A stretch of 17,882 nucleotides of DNA from Paraspadella gotoi (Eukaryota; Animalia; Chaetognatha). Made by a program: the position numbers and the translations under genes. The stretch is taken from NCBI GenBank assembly GCA_051294375.1, contig JBJCIZ010001451.1, forward strand, positions 1 to 17,882. Direction: 5' to 3'. This document shows positions 1-10,660 of this stretch, in pieces. Under the pieces are notes generated by a model, which saw only the letters and a program-made list of their open reading frames with translations, did not search any database and was not told where the DNA came from. Positions within the stretch are counted from its first letter, which is position 1. Each line of letters begins with the position of its first letter.

Positions 1-3000
1 AATCTTAGAATTTTTGGTTATCTTATACTCTACAATGTTGCTCCATTTTATAGCACCCTTATATGCTGCCAAAATCGCATTTCCGACAAAGAGATGAGAC
101 TATAAAAAACAATGGTTATCTCCATCGAGTTCCACAGCACTTTACTTACGAGTAGAATATTTATTTCTTGTGTATATTTCGTTATTTTGCAACGCACCTA
201 TACGTAGACAGAGATTTTTCTAAACCAAGAGGGATTTTTTCTTCAGAAAAGCACAAGCAAGACGTGTCAGATTAAATTTGAATGGATTCAATACAAAATG
301 GTCGATATTTATACAATACAATCGGCATCATCGACCGGGACTCGTTTTCCCGTGGCATGAAAGCCGTCTTCTCATTTGTCGATTCGGCGTGATTCATCCA
401 ATCAGAGAGTCCTTGGGTAGGTTGATCGAGTCGCGGATCAATTCATTCTTGGTTCTGATTCCATCTGCGATGATACTTTAAATAGAATATTAGCAGCTCC
501 CGCTCAAAACCAAATTTTTTTCTCTTCTCTTACATCGACTGGCGGCTCGACGACTTCATTCCTCCAGGCAATGACGCCGTGATCTCGTTACCCACTGCTA
601 CAGCGTGAAACATTGAGCAGTCAGGCACCTTCTGTTTCCTCTTTCGGACGGGTATCTATGACTCTTCATCAAAAGTGGCACACGAAATCGACGTGATGAA
701 TGGATTCCAGCACCAGTTGGAGTCTTTCATTTGGCTTTCCTCCGGCCGTCAAGGACGAATCGATCACCTTTATTGGCGCAGCTCATTATGTGTGAAAAAA
801 AGGGGATAACCAAACGATATTTAGATAAATCAAATGGTTGAGGTCTTGCTTTCAATAGAGCGGAGTTTAGTTACGTACAACAATTATAAAATTTTTTTTC
901 AACTCCATCATGAACATTAATTGTGTGTGGGTAAAAAAAAATGTTTCGCAGTTAGCTATGTTATATGAAATTGTTTTTTTTAACTTATCCATTCTCTTTA
1001 ATAATTTAAAGCTATCTTGCCCTCTGACTTTGGACAGGCTTTTTTGTGGTTATATTGTTGTGGTTCCATCACTCTTACAAGATAATGACATAGCTAGGTC
1101 CGTTCCACATGTTGTGATTGTGGTTATATTATATATATAAATTCTATCTAAAGCAAACAAAAATTTCAGAAATTAGGCTTTTCTTAATTTGTGATTACAG
1201 ATTGGAAATTTCTCCGTCAGAAGATGTAGAAAAATAAAATATCATTTTTAAAATTCTTCTTTAAGATGGGTTAAACAGATAAAAAAAATGATACTTTAAT
1301 TATAATTCTAATTTCAGCTTAAATATATAGGTTTTCTGATATTTGACCACACTTTATAAAAAACTTGAAAAAAAGTTATAGATCTTTCATGACAATCCAA
1401 TCTGCAAAATTAAAAAAAAATTTCTGAATTTAAACATTTTATAGTTAGTACTATGTGTAAATAAGGCTATGCAGCTAATTGTTAATTTATATTAACAATT
1501 TTTTATACTAATGTACATTAGTATTGTTGTTCGTTTCTCACTTTTTAGATTTTAATTTAAGTTAATTTAGAATTCTTTACTACGCTTTATGCACAAAATT
1601 CTCAGGATGAAAAATGCTAGCATTTTCAAATGACAACTCTTTCCAGCGGCGCTTTTAACTTGTCACATTTTAATTATAAAATTATAAAACATTAAAAATT
1701 GTACACCATTTGCTTATTTTTATCGACATATGGACGAGCGCAGTTCGCTTCTCGTGGTGAGACAGTGATGGGCGATAGCTTGTTCCTGTCGTTCGATTTG
1801 ATTGTAGTTTTTTTGTTCTGCACGAGAGCTTAATCTAACTCATTTTTTTTTTTTGGTTTCCGCAACACATTGTAGATGTTTGTTTTAAGTAATAAACTTA
1901 TAAAGTTTGGTGAAGTTTCTCTATCTCATCAGTGGGAAACAAAACAAATCGTTAACATATTGCATTATCTAGTATAAAGTATTTGTTGGTACTTTTCTTG
2001 ACACGTAAAGTGCATTTCCAAATTCATTCGGTTTATTCTCTCTTCCGCCATTAATTGTAGTCCGGGACGTAACCGGACGAGCCTGTGCATAAGCCCAGTT
2101 TGATTGTCCGCTTCCCTGAGCGTCGGTCCAGCACCATCGTCTCACCGCTTTACGAGGCGATGGCAGCGGAGCAGCAGTAAATCCCAGCGCCGCCGCGTGC
2201 AGATGGGGGGGAAGAAGACGACGTAGCGGGTAGGGTGAAATAAGAATTTAAGTTAAGAAGGATCAATTCACTTTCACGGACTTATGACCGCCATTCCTGA
2301 CAAAATCACGGACCATACTGTAAGTAGTTACCCCGCTATTAAGCATGAGACCTTCAGTTCTTCGTTATGAACCGGTGGCTCTTTGCAGTTTAAAGCAATC
2401 AGAAAACCCCAAGCTGGTGATCGCAGGGGGTTATAAAAGTTTGTCCCCGTTAGCGCTTTCATCCACAACACAACCTTCAAATTTTCAATGCAGACGGTTT
2501 TGGACAATTGGACACAACACGCTGGGAAGCATGAGGTATCTAGCTAAGGTAGTTTCTAACTAGTCTTCATCAGGTAAAAAGGTACAGTGGTGTAAGGAAT
2601 ATATTTATGAGGCTAATTAGCTATTAACAGGGAACAAGGTAAAAAAGGGGTGAGAGGGGAAGAAGCGATAAGGTTATGCAGACCCCGACCGAGAGGAGAA
2701 GCATGTAAATGGCGATCTCCACAGACTCTGATCCTGACTCAGGGGATGAGGGAGGGGGACGACCGAAGAGGAGGAGAGAGGAGGGACGGCAGTTGAGAAG
2801 GGAGAGGAGAACCGGGGGTGGGGAAGAAAGGCTTGGCGGTAGAATTAGCCTCTAAAAGCCTCTCATACTTGAAGAGACAGTTGATTATTATTTATGCTGT
2901 TAGTGACACAGAACCGTTCCAATTTTATAAACAGTTTTCCCTGAACATTTCGATTCAGTAAGTAACACTGTGTTACAGGGGATTCACGCCCTTTTCCTCT

Positions 3001-3011
3001 TAACTGCCAGG

Positions 3012-3083
3012 TGCGACACCGCGCTAGAACCCCGGACCTTTGGGTTGGGAGGGCGGAGACCTTGGACGTCGGCACAATGGGCC
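3012..3083 (-). mobile_element. Degenerate tRNA-derived SINE head or tRNA pseudogene
   Basis: Minus strand reads GGCCCATTGTGCCGACGTCCAAGG (A-box/D-arm-like) TCTCCGCCCTCCCAACCC AAAGGTCCGGGGTTCTAGCGC (variable loop plus B-box-like, cf. AAGGTCCGGGGTTCGAnnCC). It does not form a valid cloverleaf, and a 3' tail was not identified. Confidence 0.4.
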
Positions 3084-3322
3084 GCTGAGAAATGATGAAC
3101 AGAGATGGTGGATTTAGTCCACGTACTACTAAATTTTTCCACCGTTTTTCCTTTCACGGACAAAAACTCGTTGTCTTCATTTTCACCCGGTCACCACACT
3201 TTCCTTCGCTGGTGATGCACACACTGTAGTCAAGTTTGTTCTGTTTTTCGACAAGACTCGGTGGGCTGAACGGCTTGTCGGCGCTTTGAAGGCCAAGCGT
3301 TTTTGTCCAAAAACTGCTTAGG

Positions 3323-3372
3323 TAAGGTGGAACAAAGTGAAAACTAATCGTTCTCTCAAAAATATTTTGATT
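3323..3372 (+). repeat. Left terminal inverted repeat (bipartite)
   Basis: TAAGGTGGAACA plus GTTCTCTCAAAAATATTTTGATT; both blocks are mirrored at the right end. Confidence 0.85.
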
Positions 3373-3523
3373 ATATGATTTAAAAAATATTCAAAAACTA
3401 AAAAAATAATCCAAAATATTATTAATAACTAATGCACGGAAGCGATTTTATGACAGGTTACAATGGAGCTTTCGGTATTAAACTGTTAATTTCTATTAAA
3501 TTTTGCCGCTCTCAAGAAAAAAG

Positions 3524-3588
3524 TATGATTCGATATGATTGGCCCTCGAACCAGAATCGGGATGATGAGAACCAATCAGATTCGAGAA
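3524..3588. promoter_or_regulatory. Paired CCAAT-box motifs upstream of the transposase ATG (putative promoter or subterminal motifs)
   Basis: TGATTGG (3536-3542) and CCAATCAGATTCGAGAA (3572-3588) lie ~110-160 nt upstream of ATG 3695. A related motif recurs at 6813-6830. Confidence 0.4.
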
Positions 3589-3694
3589 AATATTTTCAGA
3601 ATCAAAATTATATTTTTCGAAAAAAATTGTTACGAACTTATTTTTTAACTATTGGAACTTTTAAAAACATTTTTCGACATCGATTAAAAAACTA

Positions 3695-6473
3695 ATGCCT
3701 AAAATGACAAAAACTAAAAAACGTTCTAATTCAAGAAGTGGCACAAGTTCGCTCATTGGTCCCTCAAAGGCTCTACCGCTTTCTGATCTCCCAACTTTAC
3801 GCGATGTTTTGGCTCACGTATCATTACTCCAGGTTAGAATATATTAATTATTACCTTAAATAATAAATTTAAAGCCAGAGGGACAATGGTTACAGGAGGG
3901 CGGTCGAACATTGGATTTTCGTCTGTTTGAAGAAGTCGCAAGAAAGATTGCTCAGGTTTATGGGCGCGCCAATACATCGCTCGCTCTCATCGAGACTTTT
4001 TCAATCGCGAAAAAAGTAAAGCGTGTGAAAGAAAAGCAGAGATACTACCAACGGAGTGAATCCTTAGATTCAAAACGCAAATACTTTGTCTCAAAACTCG
4101 ATCAAGTCTTCGAGGTATTGATCTGTCAATGTCCGATGGAGAAGGATAGCGATGACAACGTTCAAGTCAGCTGCAAGTGCGCCCTACAGGATAAGATTCC
4201 ACTCGCGGAGCTCAAATTCATTTTCGCTCAACGACATCGTCAGTCTCAGCTCCCGCGTCTACAAATTGGGCGAATTGACATCCCAACGAGTAAAAAGTTG
4301 CAGAAAATTGAGGCACGAAAGGTAACTGCATTTCACTTTACCTTTTTTATTTAACATTGGTCAACTTAATTATTTTAAATATAATAGTAATGTACATGAC
4401 GATTTACAATTTTTTATTATATGAATACATGGTACGAATATTTTTATCTGCCATTTACTTTATTACGCAGGCACGCAAAGTGTTTTTAAAAGAAAACCAT
4501 TCCGCCCTTCTTATTGAGGAAAAGAAGGAGAATGAAGTTTGGCGTCAAGAGCAGCTCGGCGAAAGTTTGATGGAAGACGAACCTTTTGTGCGGGATGAAG
4601 TGGAATTTAATTTGAAAGGTTAAAAAATCTTGTATAAGAAAGCAATCAAACTTTTTTAATTCAACTCTTAAGCATTTTTAACAGCTGGATGCATTAAGCA
4701 TTTTAAACAAAGGTATTGATTTTACAATATTTTTTTAATTGTGAAGTAGTTTTTAATTATAGTCTTTGTAGTTTGTAGAATGACACTGCATGAATACTTA
4801 ATTATGACGTAGTGATTGTAATACTTAGTATTTTATATTAAAATAGTATCTAACTTTTATATCCAAAAAATAATGCGTAACAAGTATTATAATTGATTAA
4901 TAAACCCTTTTCAGAGGACTCCTATCGAATCCCTCCTCTCCCGACGACGGCGCGTGAGGCAATGCGATGGGGAGCCTCGGATCGTTTGACCGCGGCAATC
5001 GCAACTGCCGTTCTCATCGACATTGGCATTATTTCGGCCGGCGACACCTCCTGCATAATCGATCGCCAGCGCATCCGACGTGAAAAAAAAAAAGTTCGAG
5101 AAAACTGTGGAGAAAAAGAAGCGCAACGATTGAAGGAAAACATTGTGGAAGCCGTGTACTTTGACGGAAAAGAAATCGAAACATTGAAAGTGGTCGAGGA
5201 AAATGGAAAATATCGGCAGAAAAAAGAAAAGATGGAGCATATCGTCTTAGCCTCTCAGCCAGATGGAAAGTTTCTTTCTCACGTGACTCCAACTGGGAAA
5301 GCGGCGGGACCAACGTCCGACGCGATCATAGAATTTCTTGATGATAACGATATCACAAAAGATTTAAAGGTCGTCGGCGTTGACTCCACCGCAGTAAACA
5401 CTGGACCAAACGGCGGGATAGTAAAAAAGATCGAAGACCATCGAAAAGAAAAACTTCACTGGGTCGTGTGCGACTTGCATACGAACGAATTAGGTCTCCG
5501 CCACCTTTTTCAAGCGATTGATGGTCCAACTACTGGTAATAACTCATTTAAGGGACCAATTGGAAAAATTCTGCCTAAAGTTGAAAATTTGGAATGGAAT
5601 GAGAAATTTGTTCCAATCTCAGACGTTCCCAAACTTTCGCCATTGAAGGAAGAGGTACTTTCGGATTTATCTTCCGACCAGACGTACCTTTATCTTATAG
5701 CAAAGTCGATTCAAGATGGGAAAATTGAGCCTCAAATAAAAAGCCTGAAGCCCGGCCCAATCTCGCATTCACGGTGGTTGACTTTGGCTTGCCGTTTGGG
5801 CCGCCTTTATCTCTCGAAACACCCTTTCAAAGGAAAAATCAAGGCCAATCTTTACAACTTAGTTTTTTATTCAGTAACCAACTATACCCCTTCGTGGTTC
5901 TCTATCAAGTCCCGCCCGCATATTGCAGACTCTGCTAACCACACCTTCTTCCAAGTTCAGCGTCTTCGTCTTCTCCCTAATTCAACCAGAGACATCGTTT
6001 CCCCATATGTTAAATCTTGGAACGCTCACCCTGAAAACTTGCTCGTTAGTCTGCTCTGCGACGATAATCCCGATCTTCGCGCATTTGCCGTAGGAAAAAT
6101 CATTGCTCTCCGTCAAGGGAATGACACCGGGAATAAGTCCGTGAGAAAGTTTGTTCCTCCCTCTCTCAATCTTGATGCAAATACCATTAGCGAATTAATT
6201 GATTGGGATTCGACAACCATTTATGAATCCGTCCTTACCTGTGACCTTAAAATCTCGGATCTGCAGGATTTGATTCTTAACAAATTGGATCTTCCGCACT
6301 TTCCATCCCACACCCAATCTGTCGAGCGAATGATTCGAGATTTGACAGAAGTATGTGGTAAAATTGCGGGTCACGATGAAAGGGAAAACTATTTGCGCGC
6401 ACGAATGGAGTCTCGAGAATCATTTCCCAAGGCCGAAACAAAAAAAGATTTTGTGGGTTTGTTAGCAAAGTGA
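3695..6473 (+). CDS. Spliced hAT-like (hATm-type) DDE transposase, ~756-763 aa; exons 3695-3832, 3875 (or 3896)-4321, 4471-4618, 4915-6473
   Basis: GT..AG introns join in consistent phase (0,0,1): CAG|GTTAGA at 3833, AAG|GTAACT at 4322 to ACGCAG 4470, G|GTTAAA at 4619 to TTTTCAG 4914. The N-terminus has LPTLRDVL and CQC..CKC..KIP..E..FIFAQR. Core motifs are YFDGK (D 5163-5165), GVDSTAVNTG (D 5382-5384), CDLH (CxxH 5469-5480), HSRWLT (RW 5772-5777) and HTQSVER (E 6324-6326). No stops or frameshifts. Family assignment is by motif recognition, not a database search. Confidence 0.87.
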
Positions 6474-6791
6474 ATTTTTATTTGTTTTTATAAACATTTC
6501 AATTTTTTTGTTTAGAAACCATTTTATTTTGGCTTAAAAAAATTAAATACCGTCAAAGTAAATTTTAAATTTCTTATTGTCAATTCATTTGATTCGTATT
6601 TTCTTTGTCTAATTATTCGTCTCTTTTTCGCTTAATCTTTAAAGTTTATTATGCGCAATGCTGCTGCTTTGTTTATTTCAATTATATATATTAAAATATA
6701 AACAAAATGTTATTGGAAAACTTAAATGTTTTATAAATTTTAGTTAGAAACCTTACGTTTGAAATATATGCTTAATTTGCCATTGAGTCCC

Positions 6792-6830
6792 AGGTCACGT
6801 GACCTTATCCAGCCAATCAGAGAGCGAGAA
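6792..6830. promoter_or_regulatory. Palindromic E-box (GTCACGTGAC) followed by a CCAAT box in the transposon 3' subterminal region
   Basis: A perfect 14-bp palindrome AGGTCACGTGACCT (6792-6805) is followed by CCAATCAGAGAGCGAGAA (6813-6830). Function is inferred only. Confidence 0.4.
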
Positions 6831-6941
6831 TCATAGAAAATTACGGATAGCGAAAATGATAATAAAAAAGGGATCCGTGCGTCATACCTTGGTATTTTTT
6901 TTAAAAATTATTTTGTCCTAACGAAAGATAAAACTATTGGC

Positions 6942-7002
6942 AATCAAAATATATTTGGGAGAACTGGGTATCATGAATTTAAGTCAATTCTGTTCCACCC
7001 TA
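6942..7002 (-). repeat. Right terminal inverted repeat (bipartite)
   Basis: Reverse complement reads TAGGGTGGAACA...GTTCTCCCAAATATATTTTGATT. Confidence 0.85.
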
Positions 7003-7172
7003 CCCAGGAGAGAATAACTGTATAGATATTCAATACATACTAATTAGTTGCCCTTGCTGACTTGTGACGACGGAATCGGTTATGGAATTCACTGGCGCTG
7101 CATTCTATCATAAGGTTTCCAAATCTTGACGTCCTCCAGTAAGTCTGATCAAAACTCCTAATTCTTTCATGA

Positions 7173-7207
7173 TATACCAATTAACATTTCTTAATTGGTA
7201 TACCAAT
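7173..7207. repeat. Perfect 12-bp hairpin overlapped by a 14-bp palindrome
   Basis: TATACCAATTAA-catttc-TTAATTGGTATA (7173-7202) and ATTGGTATACCAAT (7194-7207). Confidence 0.85.
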
Positions 7208-8709
7208 ATAAGTAAAACTATCCATTCATTCTTGCCCCTTGACTTTGCACAGCTTTGCGTGGTCTTACAGGCCTCAACCAAGCTTTCGAATCAGATCTCT
7301 CACGTCTCCGTTTATTTCACTCCCAGAGTCATCCTGGCTTCCATATGATGAAGTGTATAAGTGTTCAAGAATGTTTCAACTGTTTGACAAGACCGAAGAG
7401 TATGAGCATGACCAATCCAACGAATATATTTCTTGTCCCCTTCCCACCCCATGCCATTGACCTCGTCGTCGACAAATCACAACCCTTCCCTCGCGCACTA
7501 GTCATCCAATAAAGATCCTTTATAGACTATGATCTGCGTGGCGATTATGGATGAACATCTATTGTTCTTGTGAGCGGGGCCTTTGCCTTTAGTGAAGGCG
7601 GACCGATGTCTGCATCATCCTCGCCATTTCTTTGCTAGAGAGAATCAAGTCGTTCGGCAGAATCTTCGGATATTATCTGGAGTTCGTTACATCATTGTGA
7701 CTTTTTGCTCGTTGAAGTCTTGGACCTGGGAATGTATTGAATTGATTGAATTGTCTGATCTGACAAGGATATTCTCATTGGTTGATTGATTTCTGATCGG
7801 CTTAATGGACGTGATATACTATGTACACATACTGCATTCATCTTAAAATAATCTCAAGCTAAACAAAACCAAAGAACAGAAATACTGTTTTATTATTTAT
7901 TTGGACGATTTACAATGGGAGTGAAATGAAAAGAAAGTGATTAATTTTATTAATTATTTGTTAGAAATTCCCTGGGACGTTATATGCTTATAACAGCAAA
8001 TTGATAATCTTTGACATCAATAGGCAATCTGTGATTTTGGCCTTCCAGAGCTCATTTTTTGCAAACATTTCTCCTCTTATTTGTATATTCAATAGTTTAA
8101 ACCTCATTTTAGCAAAATTGAGGCCAAATTCAATTTTAAATTTCTTTTACATTCATTAGTTTTAGTATAATGTCTCGGGAGCATGTAATAAACAATGTGT
8201 CATTTGAATGATATTTAAGGTTTAGTTACGTCACAAAACTCGTTGTCATGTATCCATTGTTTTTTTTCATATTTTTTTTTCAACGCTGAAATTTTTTTTT
8301 ATATAGTTAACTAGTAAAACTCTTATAGTTGAAAACGGCTTGTCATTTGTAGTTGTGAAATAGCGTTTTTGAACATTTCTGGTAATGTGTCTCAAAGACA
8401 TTTAACGCTCTTTTTCATAAAATATATTTATAACAGGAATGTCGTTCATTCAAATGCAAATAAAAAAATTCTTTTTTGAAAATTTCGAGCGCATTGCTGC
8501 ATTGAATGAGCACATAACTAAGAAGTGAAGCGAGCTGGCCTATCTTGGGAGTTGGCCAATAAAACAGCGTTCAGCCGAATTGTTTCTAGCAATAGTGCAT
8601 AAGTCTGAAGGTTTGCTATAACAAAATCATTTACCACATATATTGAGACATTTCAATTCCACTCCCATCTTGAAATCTAGTAGTTTATTATTTTATTTTA
8701 TTTATTTAC

Positions 8710-10604
8710 CGTGCGCTTTGTCGATTCTTAACTTTTTCCTGTTCCGGGCAAATGTTTCATTAATTGACTCTAAGTGTTGTTTGTGCTTCGTTGAATGTCA
8801 ACGTCTTCACGGTTACGGCTCGATGTTGTCTGAAAACCGAAAAAAGAAATAATGAATCGTCACGAAGATTGCTCTCTGTCTTTGGTTCAATCGGTAGTGG
8901 CCTGCTCTTATGTAGATCGGTTCGATATTTGATTTTTCCTGGAAATTTTTTAGGAAAAAAGCTCTTCTATTTTTACGACCTTTTGTGAATTAGAAATGTA
9001 TTTTGGCTCCTCCCTCCCTCTTCTCTTCTCTCCTTTAATCTAGCTTCCCGTCCGTCCATTCGCTGTCATCATTGATCCATCAGAAAGCATCATCTTCTCT
9101 CTCCGTCTCTTTCGTCGCTGGTATATAAAGCTTCCCTTGCTATCACTTCTCCACGTCCATCGCCTCATCATCATTTTCAGTAAAGAGCATCATCTCTTCT
9201 CTCCTTCCTCTCTTGCCTGATAGTAAAGCTCCCTCATTCACTTCCCCCGTCGCATCGCCTCATCTATAATCATATAAAGGCCATCATTCTCGTCTCCTTT
9301 CCTCGTCTCACTTCTGGTATAATAAAGCTCTCCTCTATCAACTTCCCTCGTCCATGCGCCTCCATCATTTATCATGTTAAAAGCCATTCATGCTCTCACT
9401 CCTCTCGTCTCGCCTGGATGATAAGCTCGCCGTCTATCACTTCCCCGTCCATAGCGCTCATTGCATTGTATGCATGAAATTCAGCTCATCTCTCTGCTCC
9501 TTCTCTCTGTCGCTGGATATAGAAGCCTCCCTTCTAATCACTTCCCCACGTTCCATGCGCGTCATCATTGATCATTAAAAGGCATACTCTCTCTCCTTCT
9601 CTCTCACTGGATATATCAGCTTCTCCTATCACGTTCACCCTCTATCGCCTCAATGCATTATCCGATTAAAAGGCATCATCTCTCTCTCGCTTCTCTCTCA
9701 CCTGGATGATAAAGCTCCCTCTATTCGACTTCACCCGTCGACCCTCATCTTATCATAAAAGGCATCATCTCTCTGCTCTTCTTCGTCTCTCACCTGGATA
9801 TAGCTCCCCTTCTATTCTACTTCCGCCATCCATCGCCTCATCATTAATCATTGAAAAGTGCATCATCTCTCTCTCCTTCTCTCGTCAACCTGGTAGTATA
9901 AAGCGTCCCTCGTATCACTTCCCCCTGTCCATCGCTCTCTATCATATCGATAAAAGGCATCATCTCTACTCTCCTTCTCTCTCACTCTGGAATAAAGCTC
10001 TCCTCTTATCACTTCAGCCGTTCCATCGCCTCATCGATTTCATCAAAGGCAGATCATCCTTCTCTCTCCATTCTCTCTGCACCTGGATATGAAAGCTCTC
10101 CTCTATTCAATCTTCACCCGTCCATACGCCTGTCAATCATATCTATAAAACGCATCATCTCTCTCTGCCTCTCTCTACCTGATATAAAGCTCCTCTATCA
10201 CTTCCCCGTCCCATCGCCCTTCATCCATTATCATAAAAGGCATCAATCTCTCTCTCTCTTCTCTCTCACCTGGAAAATAGCTCTCTAGTCACTTCCCCCG
10301 TCCTATACGCCTCATCATATTCATTAAGAAGGCCATATCTCTCTCCGTCCTTCTTCTCTCACCTGGATATTAAGAGGCTTCCACTCTATTCAAACTTCCG
10401 CCCGTCCATCTGCCTCATGCTATTAATCAGATACAAAGGCATCGGTGTCGTTGGGTTCATGAGAACCGGCGCATGCCCCGAATTGTCACTGGACTATTCG
10501 CGGTCGTACATACGAACGCGACCGCGTCGAACGGTGAATGTCATTTGCTCATCACGTTCGGTATCATCTCGTGTGCCATGCGCCTGGGGAGAGAGAGAGA
10601 GAGA

Positions 10605-10660
<56 letters not shown>

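Larger units (their letters stand above)
3323..7002 (+). mobile_element. Autonomous-looking hAT-superfamily DNA transposon (hATm-like), ~3.68 kb
   Basis: Left end TAAGGTGGAACA (3323-3334) matches the reverse complement of the right end, TAGGGTGGAACA (6991-7002), at 11/12. A second inverted block, 3350-3372 vs 6942-6964, matches at 21/23. The ends enclose a single spliced DDE transposase gene. No perfect TSD: flanks are CTTAGG and CCCAGG. Confidence 0.88.

Noticed and set aside
532-795. Protein-like plus frame YIDWRLDDFIPPGNDAVISL...*NIEQSGTF...HLYWRSS
   Set aside because: Internal stop, no clear splice sites and no recognisable family. It could be a relic but is unsupported.
1751-2157. Inverted similarity GGTGAGAC (1756-1763) / GTCTCACC (2140-2147) as MITE ends
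   Set aside because: Only an 8-bp exact core with gapped flanks and no TSD.
3108-3122. GTGGA-tttag-TCCAC hairpin as a Helitron 3' end
   Set aside because: The stem is only 5 bp and no CTRR terminus follows at the expected distance.
4911-5313. Three antisense ORFs (109, 73 and 94 aa) and 6277-6468 overlapping the transposase
   Set aside because: Shadow frames of a well-supported CDS with no recognisable motifs.
7050-7740. Possible retroelement or gene relic on the minus strand (MKELGVLI; FVDDEVNGMGWEGDKKYIRWIGHAH)
   Set aside because: The KELGV resemblance to LINE RT C-termini does not extend, and all frames have stops.
9706-10092. 128 aa plus-strand ORF in the tandem array
   Set aside because: It wanders between repeat frames through indels, and splice signals and the synonymous variant favour the minus strand.
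9040-10443. CRISPR-like array
   Set aside because: Whole units repeat head to tail with no unique spacers, there are no cas genes, and the context is eukaryotic.
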